A stretch of DNA of 63,396 bases, counting the filler, from Octopus bimaculoides (Eukaryota): the NCBI RefSeq assembly GCF_001194135.2. It is 6 parts of 6 records of this genome, joined end to end, with 100 filler letters (N's around TTAATTAATTAA, not from the genome) between each part and the next. Parts side by side here need not be neighbours in the genome. Positions count along the whole stretch, not along the records: positions 1 to 22,473 come from NC_068984.1; 5 more parts are not named here. One strand, given 5' to 3'. The notes beneath the pieces are model-generated. The model had not been told where the DNA came from, made no database searches, and saw nothing but the letters and a program-made list of their open reading frames with translations. The position numbers were made by a program, and so were the translations under genes. Shown in pieces: positions 12,655-22,573 of the stretch; the stretch's first letter is position 1, and every line of letters begins with the position of its first letter.

Positions 12655-12990
12655 TATTAACACGCCGGGCGAAATGCTTAGCAGTATTTCGTCTGGCGCT
12701 ACGTTCTGAGTTCAAATTCCGCCGAGGTTGACTTTACCTTTCATCCTTTCTGGGTCGATAAATTAAGTACCAGTCAAGTACTGGGGTCGATGCAATCGAC
12801 TATCCCCTCTCCCCCAAATTTCAGGGTTTTGTGCCTATAGGAGAAAGGATTATTACAATTATCATTAACACGTCGGGCGAAAATGCTTTTCGTCTGTCTT
12901 CACATTCTCAGTTCAAATTCTGCCGAGGTCGACTTAGCTTTTCATCCTTTCGAGGTCGATAAAATAAGTACCAGTTGAGAGCTGGGGTCG
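12655..12990 (+). mobile_element. Two tandem SINE family A copies
   Basis: Both carry gggcgaaatgctt...gagttcaaattc(c/t)gccgaggt...catcctttc...gtcgataaa...gtaccagt. Confidence 0.85.
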
Positions 12991-12999
12991 ATATAATCA

Positions 13000-13065
<66 letters not shown>

Positions 13066-13124
13066 ATTATTATTATTATTTACAAAGTAGAGCGCATAAA
13101 CAAAGAACATAATGTTGAGTGAAA

Positions 13125-13340
13125 ATTATTTACCAACATAACATGGCAGTCTTGGCTTAGGACGAATGTTGCTGTAGTTTAGCCCCAGGAGACATCGTCT
13201 CCAGCTGGCTATACGACACGATCTGTGTCCTTATATTTTCGAACAAGGGCATTTAGCACCCCCAATCAGCGCAAAACAATATCTGTGTATCGCGATTTCT
13301 TTATTATTGCTCTCCATCAGCACAGAATAATTGTCTAGAA
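13125..13340 (-). mobile_element. Dispersed copy of the hammerhead-bearing mini-element family seen at 54118-54686
   Basis: The reverse complement aligns over about 200 bp to 54470-54680 (tattctgtgctgatg...tataaggacacagatcgtgtcgtatagccagctggaga...cagcaacatt.gtcctaa.cca.gactgccatgttatgttgg). Confidence 0.85.
13282..13326 (-). ncRNA. Degenerate Type I hammerhead ribozyme motif
   Basis: Minus strand tctgtg-CTGATGG-agagcaataataaa-GAAA-tcgcga-TA-cacaga. Stem I is 6 bp and stem III is the palindrome ATCGCGAT, but A9 is changed to G and stem II has decayed. Confidence 0.6.
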
Positions 13341-13614
13341 TATAATATTCATGAAAAGTTACGTTTTTTCCCATTAGCTCACCATATATAAATAACAATT
13401 CAGTGAAGAAGAGAAAATTACACGAAGCAAGGGAAACCATGTTTTATTTATTTTCGTCTTCTTCCATGGATCCCTCGTTTGCATCCTCCATTAACTGTTC
13501 ACCAGCAACATGAATCATAATCATTAAGTTAATGTGCCGAGAACAATACATTAGCCTTTACTTCATCATCACGAAAGGTTACAGTGAAAATCGGTACAAA
13601 GGAAACACATTAAT

Positions 13615-14150
13615 TTATTGGCTTCAAATTTTGGCCCAAGGCCAGTGATTTCGGGTGTGAGGTTAAGTCGATTATATCTATCCCAGTGTTCACTTGGTAC
13701 TGATTTTATCGATGCCGAAAAGATGGAAGGTAAAGTCGACTCCGGCGGTAGCTGAACTCAGAACGTAATGTTAGAAGAAATGCCGATAAGCTTTTTTTTT
13801 TTTCCGGTGCGGTGACATAGGTTGATGCTTAGCGGCATTTCTTCCGTCTTTATGTTCTGAGTTCAAATTCAGCCAAGGCCGACATTATTTTTCATCTTTC
13901 CGGGGTCGATAGAATAAATACCAGTCAAGTACTGGGGCTGTTGTAATCGACTTACTTCCACCTTTGGCCTTGTGCTAAAATTTGAAACTAAAATATTCTT
14001 TTCTACTCTAGGCACAAGGCCCGTAATTTTTGGGGCGGAGGCCAGTCGATTAGATCGACCCCAGTACGCAACTAGTACTTAATTTATCGACTCCGAAAGG
14101 ATGAAAGGCAAAGTCGACCACGGCGGAATTTGAACTCAGAACGTAAAGAC
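13615..14150. mobile_element. Three adjacent SINE family A copies in -/+/- orientation
   Basis: 13615-13790 minus, 13820-13990 plus, 13995-14150 minus; each matches the family A core. Confidence 0.82.
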
Positions 14151-14589
14151 AGTCTTTGAAACCAACACCCGGCGTTGAAACGAAAATATCGACACACCAA
14201 ATGCTTGCTGCTGGAAGTGGTCTGTGTTTGTGGTGCTGAGTCGGGAGCCGCTAGGAATGTGACCTGAGTGTCAAAGAGGCGGCAGCTCGAAAAAGTTTAG
14301 GAACCACTGGTCTAGACTAATTGCTTTCACGGCAGCTAAGGGGCTCCATCTAGCCTTAAAAATATCTATTTAGCCCATAGAAGGGACCTTGATCGGTCCT
14401 AGTGCTCTGATTCAGGACGGTCCTGGGAGTAATGCTAATTAATGGTTGACTCCACGTTTCCCACAACTCCATAAATCCCCGAACAAGATTCCAAAACCTG
14501 ATGCAGTTTAATGCCATACCCAGGACACCTAATATCTTAAGAAGGACACATCGGATAATATAGTTCAAGATACACTATCTTTTATCGTG

Positions 14590-14980
14590 TTTCATTCATA
14601 GAACTGTAGCCATGCTGGAGCACCGCCTTGAAGGATCTAGTCGAATAAATCGACTCCAGTACTTTTTTTTTTAAAAAGTCTGATAATTATACAATCAGTC
14701 TCTTTTTGCCGATCCCTTAAGCTACGAGGACATAAACACACCAACGCTTGTTGTCAAACAAGTAGGCAAGGAAAAAAAAGACATAACACAGAAGCACACA
14801 TACACACGCAGATATATTGGGCTTCCTCACAGTTTCCCTCTAGCAGATTCATTCACACGGTATTGATCGGCTCGGAGCTATAGTAAAAGACACTTGTTCA
14901 AGGTGCCACGTAGTGGGACTGAACCCGAAACCATGTGGTTGCAATGCAAGCTTTTTTACCGCACAACCATTTCTGTGCCT
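14590..14980 (-). mobile_element. SINE family B
   Basis: gccatgctggagcacc...caaggtgccacgtagtgggactgaacccgaaaccatgtgg match the family consensus. Confidence 0.83.
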
Positions 14981-15767
14981 AAATAAATGACTAGACAGGA
15001 TGGTCGTGTTTCGGAATGACTTTAATCATAGATCTGCTCAATTACATTAGACTTGGTTGGGGACCAAGCAATAAAGTAATAACTACAGTGCCAACAAATA
15101 AACGCAACAGAGAATTAACAAATAAACAAATAAGCGAATAAACAAAGTAGAAACAAACAAACAAACAAACAAACAAACAAACAAGCAGTAGCCAGAGCAA
15201 TAGTTGTGATAACCAAAACAATAACGTGAAAAGTGATAAGCACAAGAAACAAGTGCAATAAGAACAGTAAAGAACAAACAGCGCCAACGTCAGCCATATT
15301 GAAGAAAGGGAAAAATAAGGCAACGAGCGACACCAGTGGGGGTGTACGGAAGCAAGGAAAAGTAATTAGGTTTATCAATGGCTGTTATTGCTATTATTAA
15401 ACATTTCTGGTTGACGTTTATACCACCTACAACAGCAACAAAAACAACAGTGACTACAACAACGACAACAAAACTACTAGTAGTACTACACATACAACGA
15501 CGACGACGACCATTACCGCCACCACCACCACCGCCACCACTGCTGCTGCTTCTAACCAATGAAAGAGGATCTATGTGGTCATTGTATCTGCTAGAAATAG
15601 CAGCCAATTTTTTCTCCAACGTACACTTTGTTGTAATAAACAATGAGAAACGCGCTGGGTAACATAGTCCAAGGTATACATACAATCGCTGAAAAACAAA
15701 GATATACCGGCAGGATGGTCAAGGGTGGAACGCCATTGATCAGAAGATATTGGGTTAAACAACAAGA

Positions 15768-15827
<60 letters not shown>

Positions 15828-16207
15828 GCTACTGCTGCTAATGCAGTAGTTGTGTCTGTATGTCGTTGAAGTCAAACGATGTTGGCGTGCACGTGCATGT
15901 GTGCGTACGTGTATGTTCATGTGTGTGCGTTTGTGTGTGTATATGTGCGTAAGTGTGTATATGTGTGTGTATGTGCGTGTGTGTGTGTGTGTGCGTGTGT
16001 GCGTGTGTGTGTGTTTGTGTGCGTGTCTGTGTAAGTGATGGGAAGCAAAATCAGTATATAAATCCCAGTGATCAAGTGCTGATATCACACACACATACAT
16101 GCACACACAAAAACACACACACGCATGCATGCACACACACGCAAACACAAATACACTTATACTCCTTCAATCATACGTACATATATGCATGCATACATAC
16201 ATGTATG

Positions 16208-16273
<66 letters not shown>

Positions 16274-16375
16274 NNNNNNNNNNNNNNNNNNNNNNNNNNN
16301 NNNNNNNNNNNNNNNNNNNNNNNNNNNNNNNNNNNNNNNNNNNNNNNNNNNNNNNNNNNNNNNNNNNNNNNNNNN

Positions 16376-16410
<35 letters not shown>

Positions 16411-16749
16411 ATAAATGAAAAATACACATTAAGAACAGGACATCACCAGCGAATGAAAAATACGCAAACACAACGAGAGATTAAGTACAGGACAAAATAT
16501 ATGTATGTATGTATGTATACACTCATGCATTTATACACACATATATAAATATACACACGTACGCACACACCCACACATATTCAATTACAATAGCACACAT
16601 ACCTAAACCTACAATCTCTTATTGCCTTCCTCTCACCTCCCCCTTCCCCACCGCATCCCTTTGTCCATCGATCTTTGTCCAACATCTCAATCGCTTCCTA
16701 TTAATCTTAACATGTCCCCGCCTCTTTAGCCAAATAACAACTGTTACCA

Positions 16750-17770
16750 AGTTGTTATCTGTTATTGTTGTTGTCAATGATAATGCTGCTGTTGCTGTTA
16801 TTGTTGTTGTTGCTGTTGATGATATCAATGATAATATTGCTACCGTTGGCGCTGTCAAAGATAATGTTGCTGTTAGTGCTGTGAAAGATAACTGTAAGGT
16901 GTCATTAGTGATAGTGTTGTTGCTGGAGTTGTGAATGTTAATACTGTTGTTGTTGGTGGTGGTGGTGTCAGTGGTAATGCTGTTGTGAGTGTTGTGAATG
17001 AAAATGCTGCTGTTTGTATTGTCAATGCTAATACTGTCGTTGTTATTGTCAATGACAATGCTGCTATTGTTAGCGCCAATGATAATGCTGCTTCTATAGG
17101 TGTCAATGATAATGCTGTTGCTGCTGTGGCGATGATAATGTTGCTGTTGGTGCTGTGTCAATGTTAATGCTGCTTCTATAGGTGTCAATGATAATGCTGT
17201 TGCTGCTGTGGCGATGATAATGTTGCTGTTGATGTTGTAGATGATAATGTTGCTGTTGGTGTTGTCAGTGATAATGCTGCTACAGTTGGCGTCAATGATA
17301 ATGTTGCTGCTTCTGCTGTGTCAATGATAATGTTGCTGTTGATGTTGTCAATGATAATGCTGCTTCTGATGAGTCAATGATAATGTTGCTGTTGGTGTTG
17401 TAGATGATAATGTTGCTGTTGGTGTTGTCAGTGATAATGCTGTTACTGTTGGTGTCAATGATAATGCTATTGTTGCTGTGTCAGTGATAATGTTGCTGTG
17501 TTTATTGCCAAAAATAATGCGGCTGTAGGCACTGCTAATGATAATGCTGCTGTTTATGTTGCCAATGATAATGTTGCTGTTTCTACAATCAATGATAATA
17601 ATGTTGCTAATGCTGCTGCTAATGATGTTGACATGATAATGCTGTTGTTGTTGATGTTTATCGATGTTCTTGATTTCGTTGTTGCTATTGCTGTTGATGC
17701 TAACGTTGCAATTGTTTTTGTAGTTTGTTTCACGTGCTGCTGTTGATGTTGTTGTTGTTGTTGTTGATAA
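16750..17770. repeat. Degenerate ~24-bp minisatellite (GTCAATGATAATGYTGCTGTTGGT-like)
   Basis: The unit recurs more than 20 times; a near-exact ~64-bp duplication lies at about 17087-17150 and 17168-17232. Confidence 0.85.
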
Positions 17771-17799
17771 GGCTTTTGGTGTTGTTGCTGCTACTTTTA

Positions 17800-17965
17800 T
17801 TCTTTTATCTGTTTCAGCCATTTGACTCTGGCCATGCTGGAACACCGCCTTAACGGATTTTTAGTCGAACAAGTCAACTCCAGGACTTATTTTTTTCTGT
17901 CACTTATGCCGTACCGCTAAGTTACGGGGACGTAAATACACCAGCGCTGGTTGTCCAGCGGTGAT
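17800..17965 (-). mobile_element. SINE family B, 3' half
   Basis: tttcagccatttgactctggccatgctggaacacc...gctaagttacggggacgtaaatacaccagc. Confidence 0.8.
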
Positions 17966-18346
17966 GACTGAAAAAAGTAAAAAAGTGAAAGATTATATAT
18001 TATGTGTTTGTGTTTCTGTCATACACAAACACATATCAACCATTCAACCACCATTACCAGTAATTTGGATGTATGCAAAATTTCCGACTCCATTTCTCTG
18101 CAACCTACTTACGCTCAAAATATTTAACATCTTCATAAAGAAACATTACAAAATGCTGCAAGTCAATTAGGAAGCCTCATACGCAGATGTTATCATATAT
18201 ACATCGTCTGACAAAACACAGTTGCACGCAAATATGCCATCATTCACCTGGAAACCAAACTCGAGTAGAACCTACAGCTAAATCTGTCATCTGTTTTCTT
18301 ACTAGCAACACCAGAAAATATGTGACACCAACAATCAACATTTTAA

Positions 18347-18365
18347 AGGGAGAGAAAGAGAGAGT

Positions 18366-18460
<95 letters not shown>
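18347..18460. repeat. (GA)n microsatellite
   Basis: Read directly from the sequence. Confidence 0.97.
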
Positions 18461-18462
<2 letters not shown>

Positions 18463-18552
18463 AGAAAGACAGACAGATAGACAGACAGACTGAGAGATAG
18501 ATTACCACAGATACTGAAGACAAGTATATGCTCAACTGATAATTATTTTATC

Positions 18553-18880
18553 CAGGAGTGTCTGTGTGGTAAGTAGCGTGCTTACGAACCACATGGTTCT
18601 GGGTTCAGTCCCACTGCGAGGTACCTTGGGCAAGTATCTTCTACTATAACCTCGGGCCGACCACAGCCTTGTGAGTGGATTCTGGTAGCTCGCCGGGCGA
18701 AATGCTTAGCGGTACTTCGTCTGTCTTTACGTTCTCAGTTCAAATTCTGCTGAAGTCGACTTTGCCTTTCACCCTTTCGGGGGTCAATAAATTAAGTACC
18801 AGTTGCGTACTGGGGTCGATCTAATCGACTGGACCCCTTCCCCAAACTTCGGGCCTTGTGCCTAGAGTAGAAAAGAATTA
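18553..18880 (+). mobile_element. SINE B 5' half fused directly to a SINE A body
   Basis: Family B head runs to ...gtgagtggattctggtag, then ctcgccgggcgaaatgcttagcgg...gggccttgtgcctagagtagaaaagaa (family A). Confidence 0.8.
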
Positions 18881-19184
18881 TAATAATTTTCTCTCAGTTT
18901 CCAAATTCTAAGAATTTGCTAGTCGTGGTACGAGTAGTACAGAGAGACCAGTGAATCAATCAGGCTCAAGGTACTTTAGGTGAATCTTCGAGATTTTCTT
19001 AAAGTTTTTAAGTTTGGGTTTCTTTATTGTTTTTCTAGAATATGATTGTTGTTGCTGACGCTGCTGTTGTGTTCTTATTGATATTATTATGCCTTAGTCA
19101 AAATCACTTTCCACTAAACAGACCTATGATCAAAGTCATTTCCAACCACGACTATCCTGCCTGTTATTCAGACATTACTCTTTA

Positions 19185-19410
19185 CTCTTTTACTCTTTTA
19201 TTTGTTTCAGTCATTTGACTGCGGCCATGCTGGAGCACCACCTTTAGTCGAGCAAATCGACCCCGGGACTTATTCTTTGTAAGCCTAGTTTATTCTATCG
19301 TTCTGTTTTGCCGAACCGCTAAGTTACGGGGACATAAACACACCAGCATCGGCTGTCAAGCAATGCTAGGGGGACAAACACACACACACACACACACACA
19401 NNNNNNNNNN

Positions 19411-19445
<35 letters not shown>

Positions 19446-19607
19446 TGCGACGGGCTTCTTTCAGTTTCCGTCTACCAAATCCACTCACAAGGCTTTGGTC
19501 GGCCCGAGGCTATAGTGGAAGACACTTGCCCAAGGTGCCACGCAGTGGGACTGAACCCGGAACCATGTGGTTGGTAAGCAAGCTACTTACCACACAGCCA
19601 CTCCTGC
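19185..19607 (-). mobile_element. SINE family B, full-length, with internal (CA)n/(TA)n
   Basis: Minus strand GGAGTGGCTGTGTGGTAAG (A box)...GGTTCAGTCCC (B-box-like), a central microsatellite with an N gap, and a 3' part ending in gactgaaacaaataaaagagtaaaagag. Confidence 0.9.
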
Positions 19608-20344
19608 ACATTGTATAACCTAAATCTACAATCTTTTCTTAGACACAGAGTCTGATTCATGGAGATATCTTGCTGTTGTTTCTAGCTGGTCATTTGACCA
19701 TAAAGAGCCTCTCCGGCGTGTCTACGGTTTGGTAATGTATGAAGTAAAAGGCCAAGGTTTTGTTCAAGATGGAGGTAAATATCTTGCTATTGGTGTTTCG
19801 TCGTCTTCGTGTGAGTTTTAGCAATTTACTTTTGGAAAACAATAGGTAATTGATAAGGAAGTTTATTCGTTGACGTATAAATATGTTATCCGATGTTGTT
19901 ACTGTTATGCTGTAATGTGAACATTCTTAGAATTATTGCCGATGCTAATTACTTTGCATCAATGCTATTAGCGTTTTACTGCTTGTTTCGTGGTTTATGC
20001 CGTATAAAATTGTTTGTCGGTTTTCTGTTTTCCTTTGGTTTGTCTTGTTTTACGTCTGCTGTAGTCTGATGGGAAGAAAGTAGATGGAGGGGGCCCAGAC
20101 ATGAATTAATAACGAATCTAATATATTGCGTATATATCACGACCATTATTATTTGTTTCTAACGGCCAAATGTGGAACTTAAAGTGCTCCACGTCGTTTT
20201 TATTATTGAACTTCAATACCTTGCTTACGTGGATGCTGTAAGCATGATGATAATTCTTAGTTAAAACTAATTCCTCGTGATTCGTAGTAATTTTGTCTTT
20301 ATTAAGCTTCTGCTGAGAGGAATAAAATGAAAATAGTTTCTGTT

Positions 20345-20495
20345 CTGACTGTGTGGTAAACAGTTTGCTTCACAACAACATGGTTCCAGGTTCAGTCCCA
20401 ACGCGTAATAATTTGGGCAGGTATCTTCAACTATAGCTCTGAGTTGACCAATGCCTTGTGACAGGATTTGACAGACGGAAATTGAAAGAAGCCCA

Positions 20496-20545
<50 letters not shown>

Positions 20546-20765
20546 CATATATATATATATATATACATATGTGTGTGTGTGAGAGAGAGTCTTTGTGCAT
20601 GCGTTTGTCTCCCAACACCGCTTGACAACTGAGACTGGTGAGTTTACTTCCCTGTAACCTAACGGTTCGATAAAATAGACTGATAGAATAAGTACGAGGC
20701 TTAAAAAAGTAATTCTTCAAGGTGGTGCGCCAGCATGACCGCAGTTTAATGACTAAGTCAAATAA
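20345..20765 (+). mobile_element. SINE family B with internal (CA)(TA)(GT)(GA) run
   Basis: Both halves match the family consensus. Confidence 0.85.
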
Positions 20766-22517
20766 AAAATAAATTTTATTGTTAATGGTGTTATAAATGT
20801 TTTTGATGTTGTTCACACATAGAGACTTCGAAAGGATGAAAGGTGAAGTCGATCTCATTTGAACACAGACCGTAACGACGGGCGAAATACTGCTAAGCAT
20901 TTCGTCCAGCGCGCTAACGTTTCTTCCAGTTCACATTAGTTGATGGAAACTGTGAGAAACCTATTTTGTATAATATCTTCTCTTTCCTTTCCTGAGCGTC
21001 CAATCACACAGTACTTGTTCCACGTCCTCGCGTTGTTGTTTTTTTCTTGCTTGTTCATGTTTGGATTGACTATATATACATATATAAATGCATACATGCA
21101 TATATATATACAGTATATATACAAATATGTATACATGTATATAATTATACATATACATCTATATTTTTATGTATGTATGCATCTACGTATATATATATAT
21201 ATANNNNNNNNNNNNNNNNNNNNNNNNNNNNNNNNNNNNNNNNNNNNNNNNNNNNNNNNNNNNNNNNNNNNNNNNNNNNNNNNNNNNNNNNNNNNNNNNN
21301 NNNNNNNNNNNNNNNNNNNNNNNNNNNNNNNNNNNNNNNNNNNNNNNNNNNNNNNNNNNNNNNNNNNNNNNNNNNNNNNNNNNNNNNNNNNNNNNNNNNN
21401 NNNNNNNNNNNNNNNNNNNNNNNNNNNNNNNNNNNNNNNNNNNNNNNNNNNNNNNNNNNNNNNNNNNNNNNNNNNNNNNNNNNNNNNNNNNNNNNNNNNN
21501 NNNNNNNNNNNNNNNNNNNNNNNNNNNNNNNNNNNNNNNNNNNNNNNNNNNNNNNNNNNNNNNNNNNNNNNNNNNNNNNNNNNNTATATATATATATATA
21601 TATATACACGTATAAATATTTGTGTGTGTATATATATATATATATACATAGACAGAAGTAGATAGATATTTGTACAAACACACACACACGCAAGTATGTA
21701 CATACTTACACACGTATGTACGTATGTATGCATATATTATGTGTGTATATGTGCATGTGTGAGTGTGCATGCGTACTCATGAGTGTGTGTGTGTGCGTAT
21801 GTGTGTTCGTGTATATGTGTCTGTGTGTGTGCGTGTCTGTTAACATGCATGCGCTTAAGTGCATGTCTAAATTTGTACACGTATCAAGGTGGGTGTAGGA
21901 GTGGTGAGATTAAATTGACAGAGTATAAAACTTTGACAGCAGAAATACTGATTAGAGAAGCAGTCAGAATGGAGTGGCATCTAAGAGGATTGAACCGTGA
22001 TGGATGGGATCCTTTTGACAAGTAGACCAAAAATATACTGCATAAGTTAGACAGGAATTAAAGCCCATACAGCGTATGTCAATAAAAGAAATATCTTCTT
22101 TTCTGCAGGGCTGTCTTGTATCAGTTTTGCAGCTTGATCACGAACTTTTCCTACTTAGAGATGTAAAGGAATTTTAAAAAGATGGCGTATGGTTGTAGTT
22201 GTTGTTACTATATACCAGAATTCAGGGCGGCTTATTGGCAAAATCTTGTGGCTATGCTGGAGCAACTACCTTGTGGGATTTAGCAAACAAATCGATCCTA
22301 GTACTTATTTTTTTCAATTTGGCACTTCTTTTTTTGTAACGGTTCGTTTTGCTGAACCGCTACGTTATGTGACGTAACCCCCCCCCCCCAACACTGGTTG
22401 CCAAACGGAAGGGTTGGAGTGACAAACCCAAAGAACTCACATATATGTGCATACATAGATACATAGATACATANNNNNNNNNNNNNNNNNNNNNNNNNNN
22501 NNNNNNNNNNNNNNNNN

Positions 22518-22529
22518 TTAATTAATTAA
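22518..22529. other. Assembly spacer TTAATTAATTAA flanked by 44 N on each side (also 40103-40114, 52151-52162, 55536-55547, 62213-62224)
   Basis: An identical 12-mer with stop codons in all six frames sits in the middle of 100-bp gaps five times. Confidence 0.95.
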
Positions 22530-22573
22530 NNNNNNNNNNNNNNNNNNNNNNNNNNNNNNNNNNNNNNNNNNNN

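Noticed and set aside
14285-14315. hAT/Charlie-like terminus (rc CAGTGGTTCCTAAACTTTTT)
   Set aside because: Only one end was found, with no partner TIR or TSD, so it is too little to call an element.
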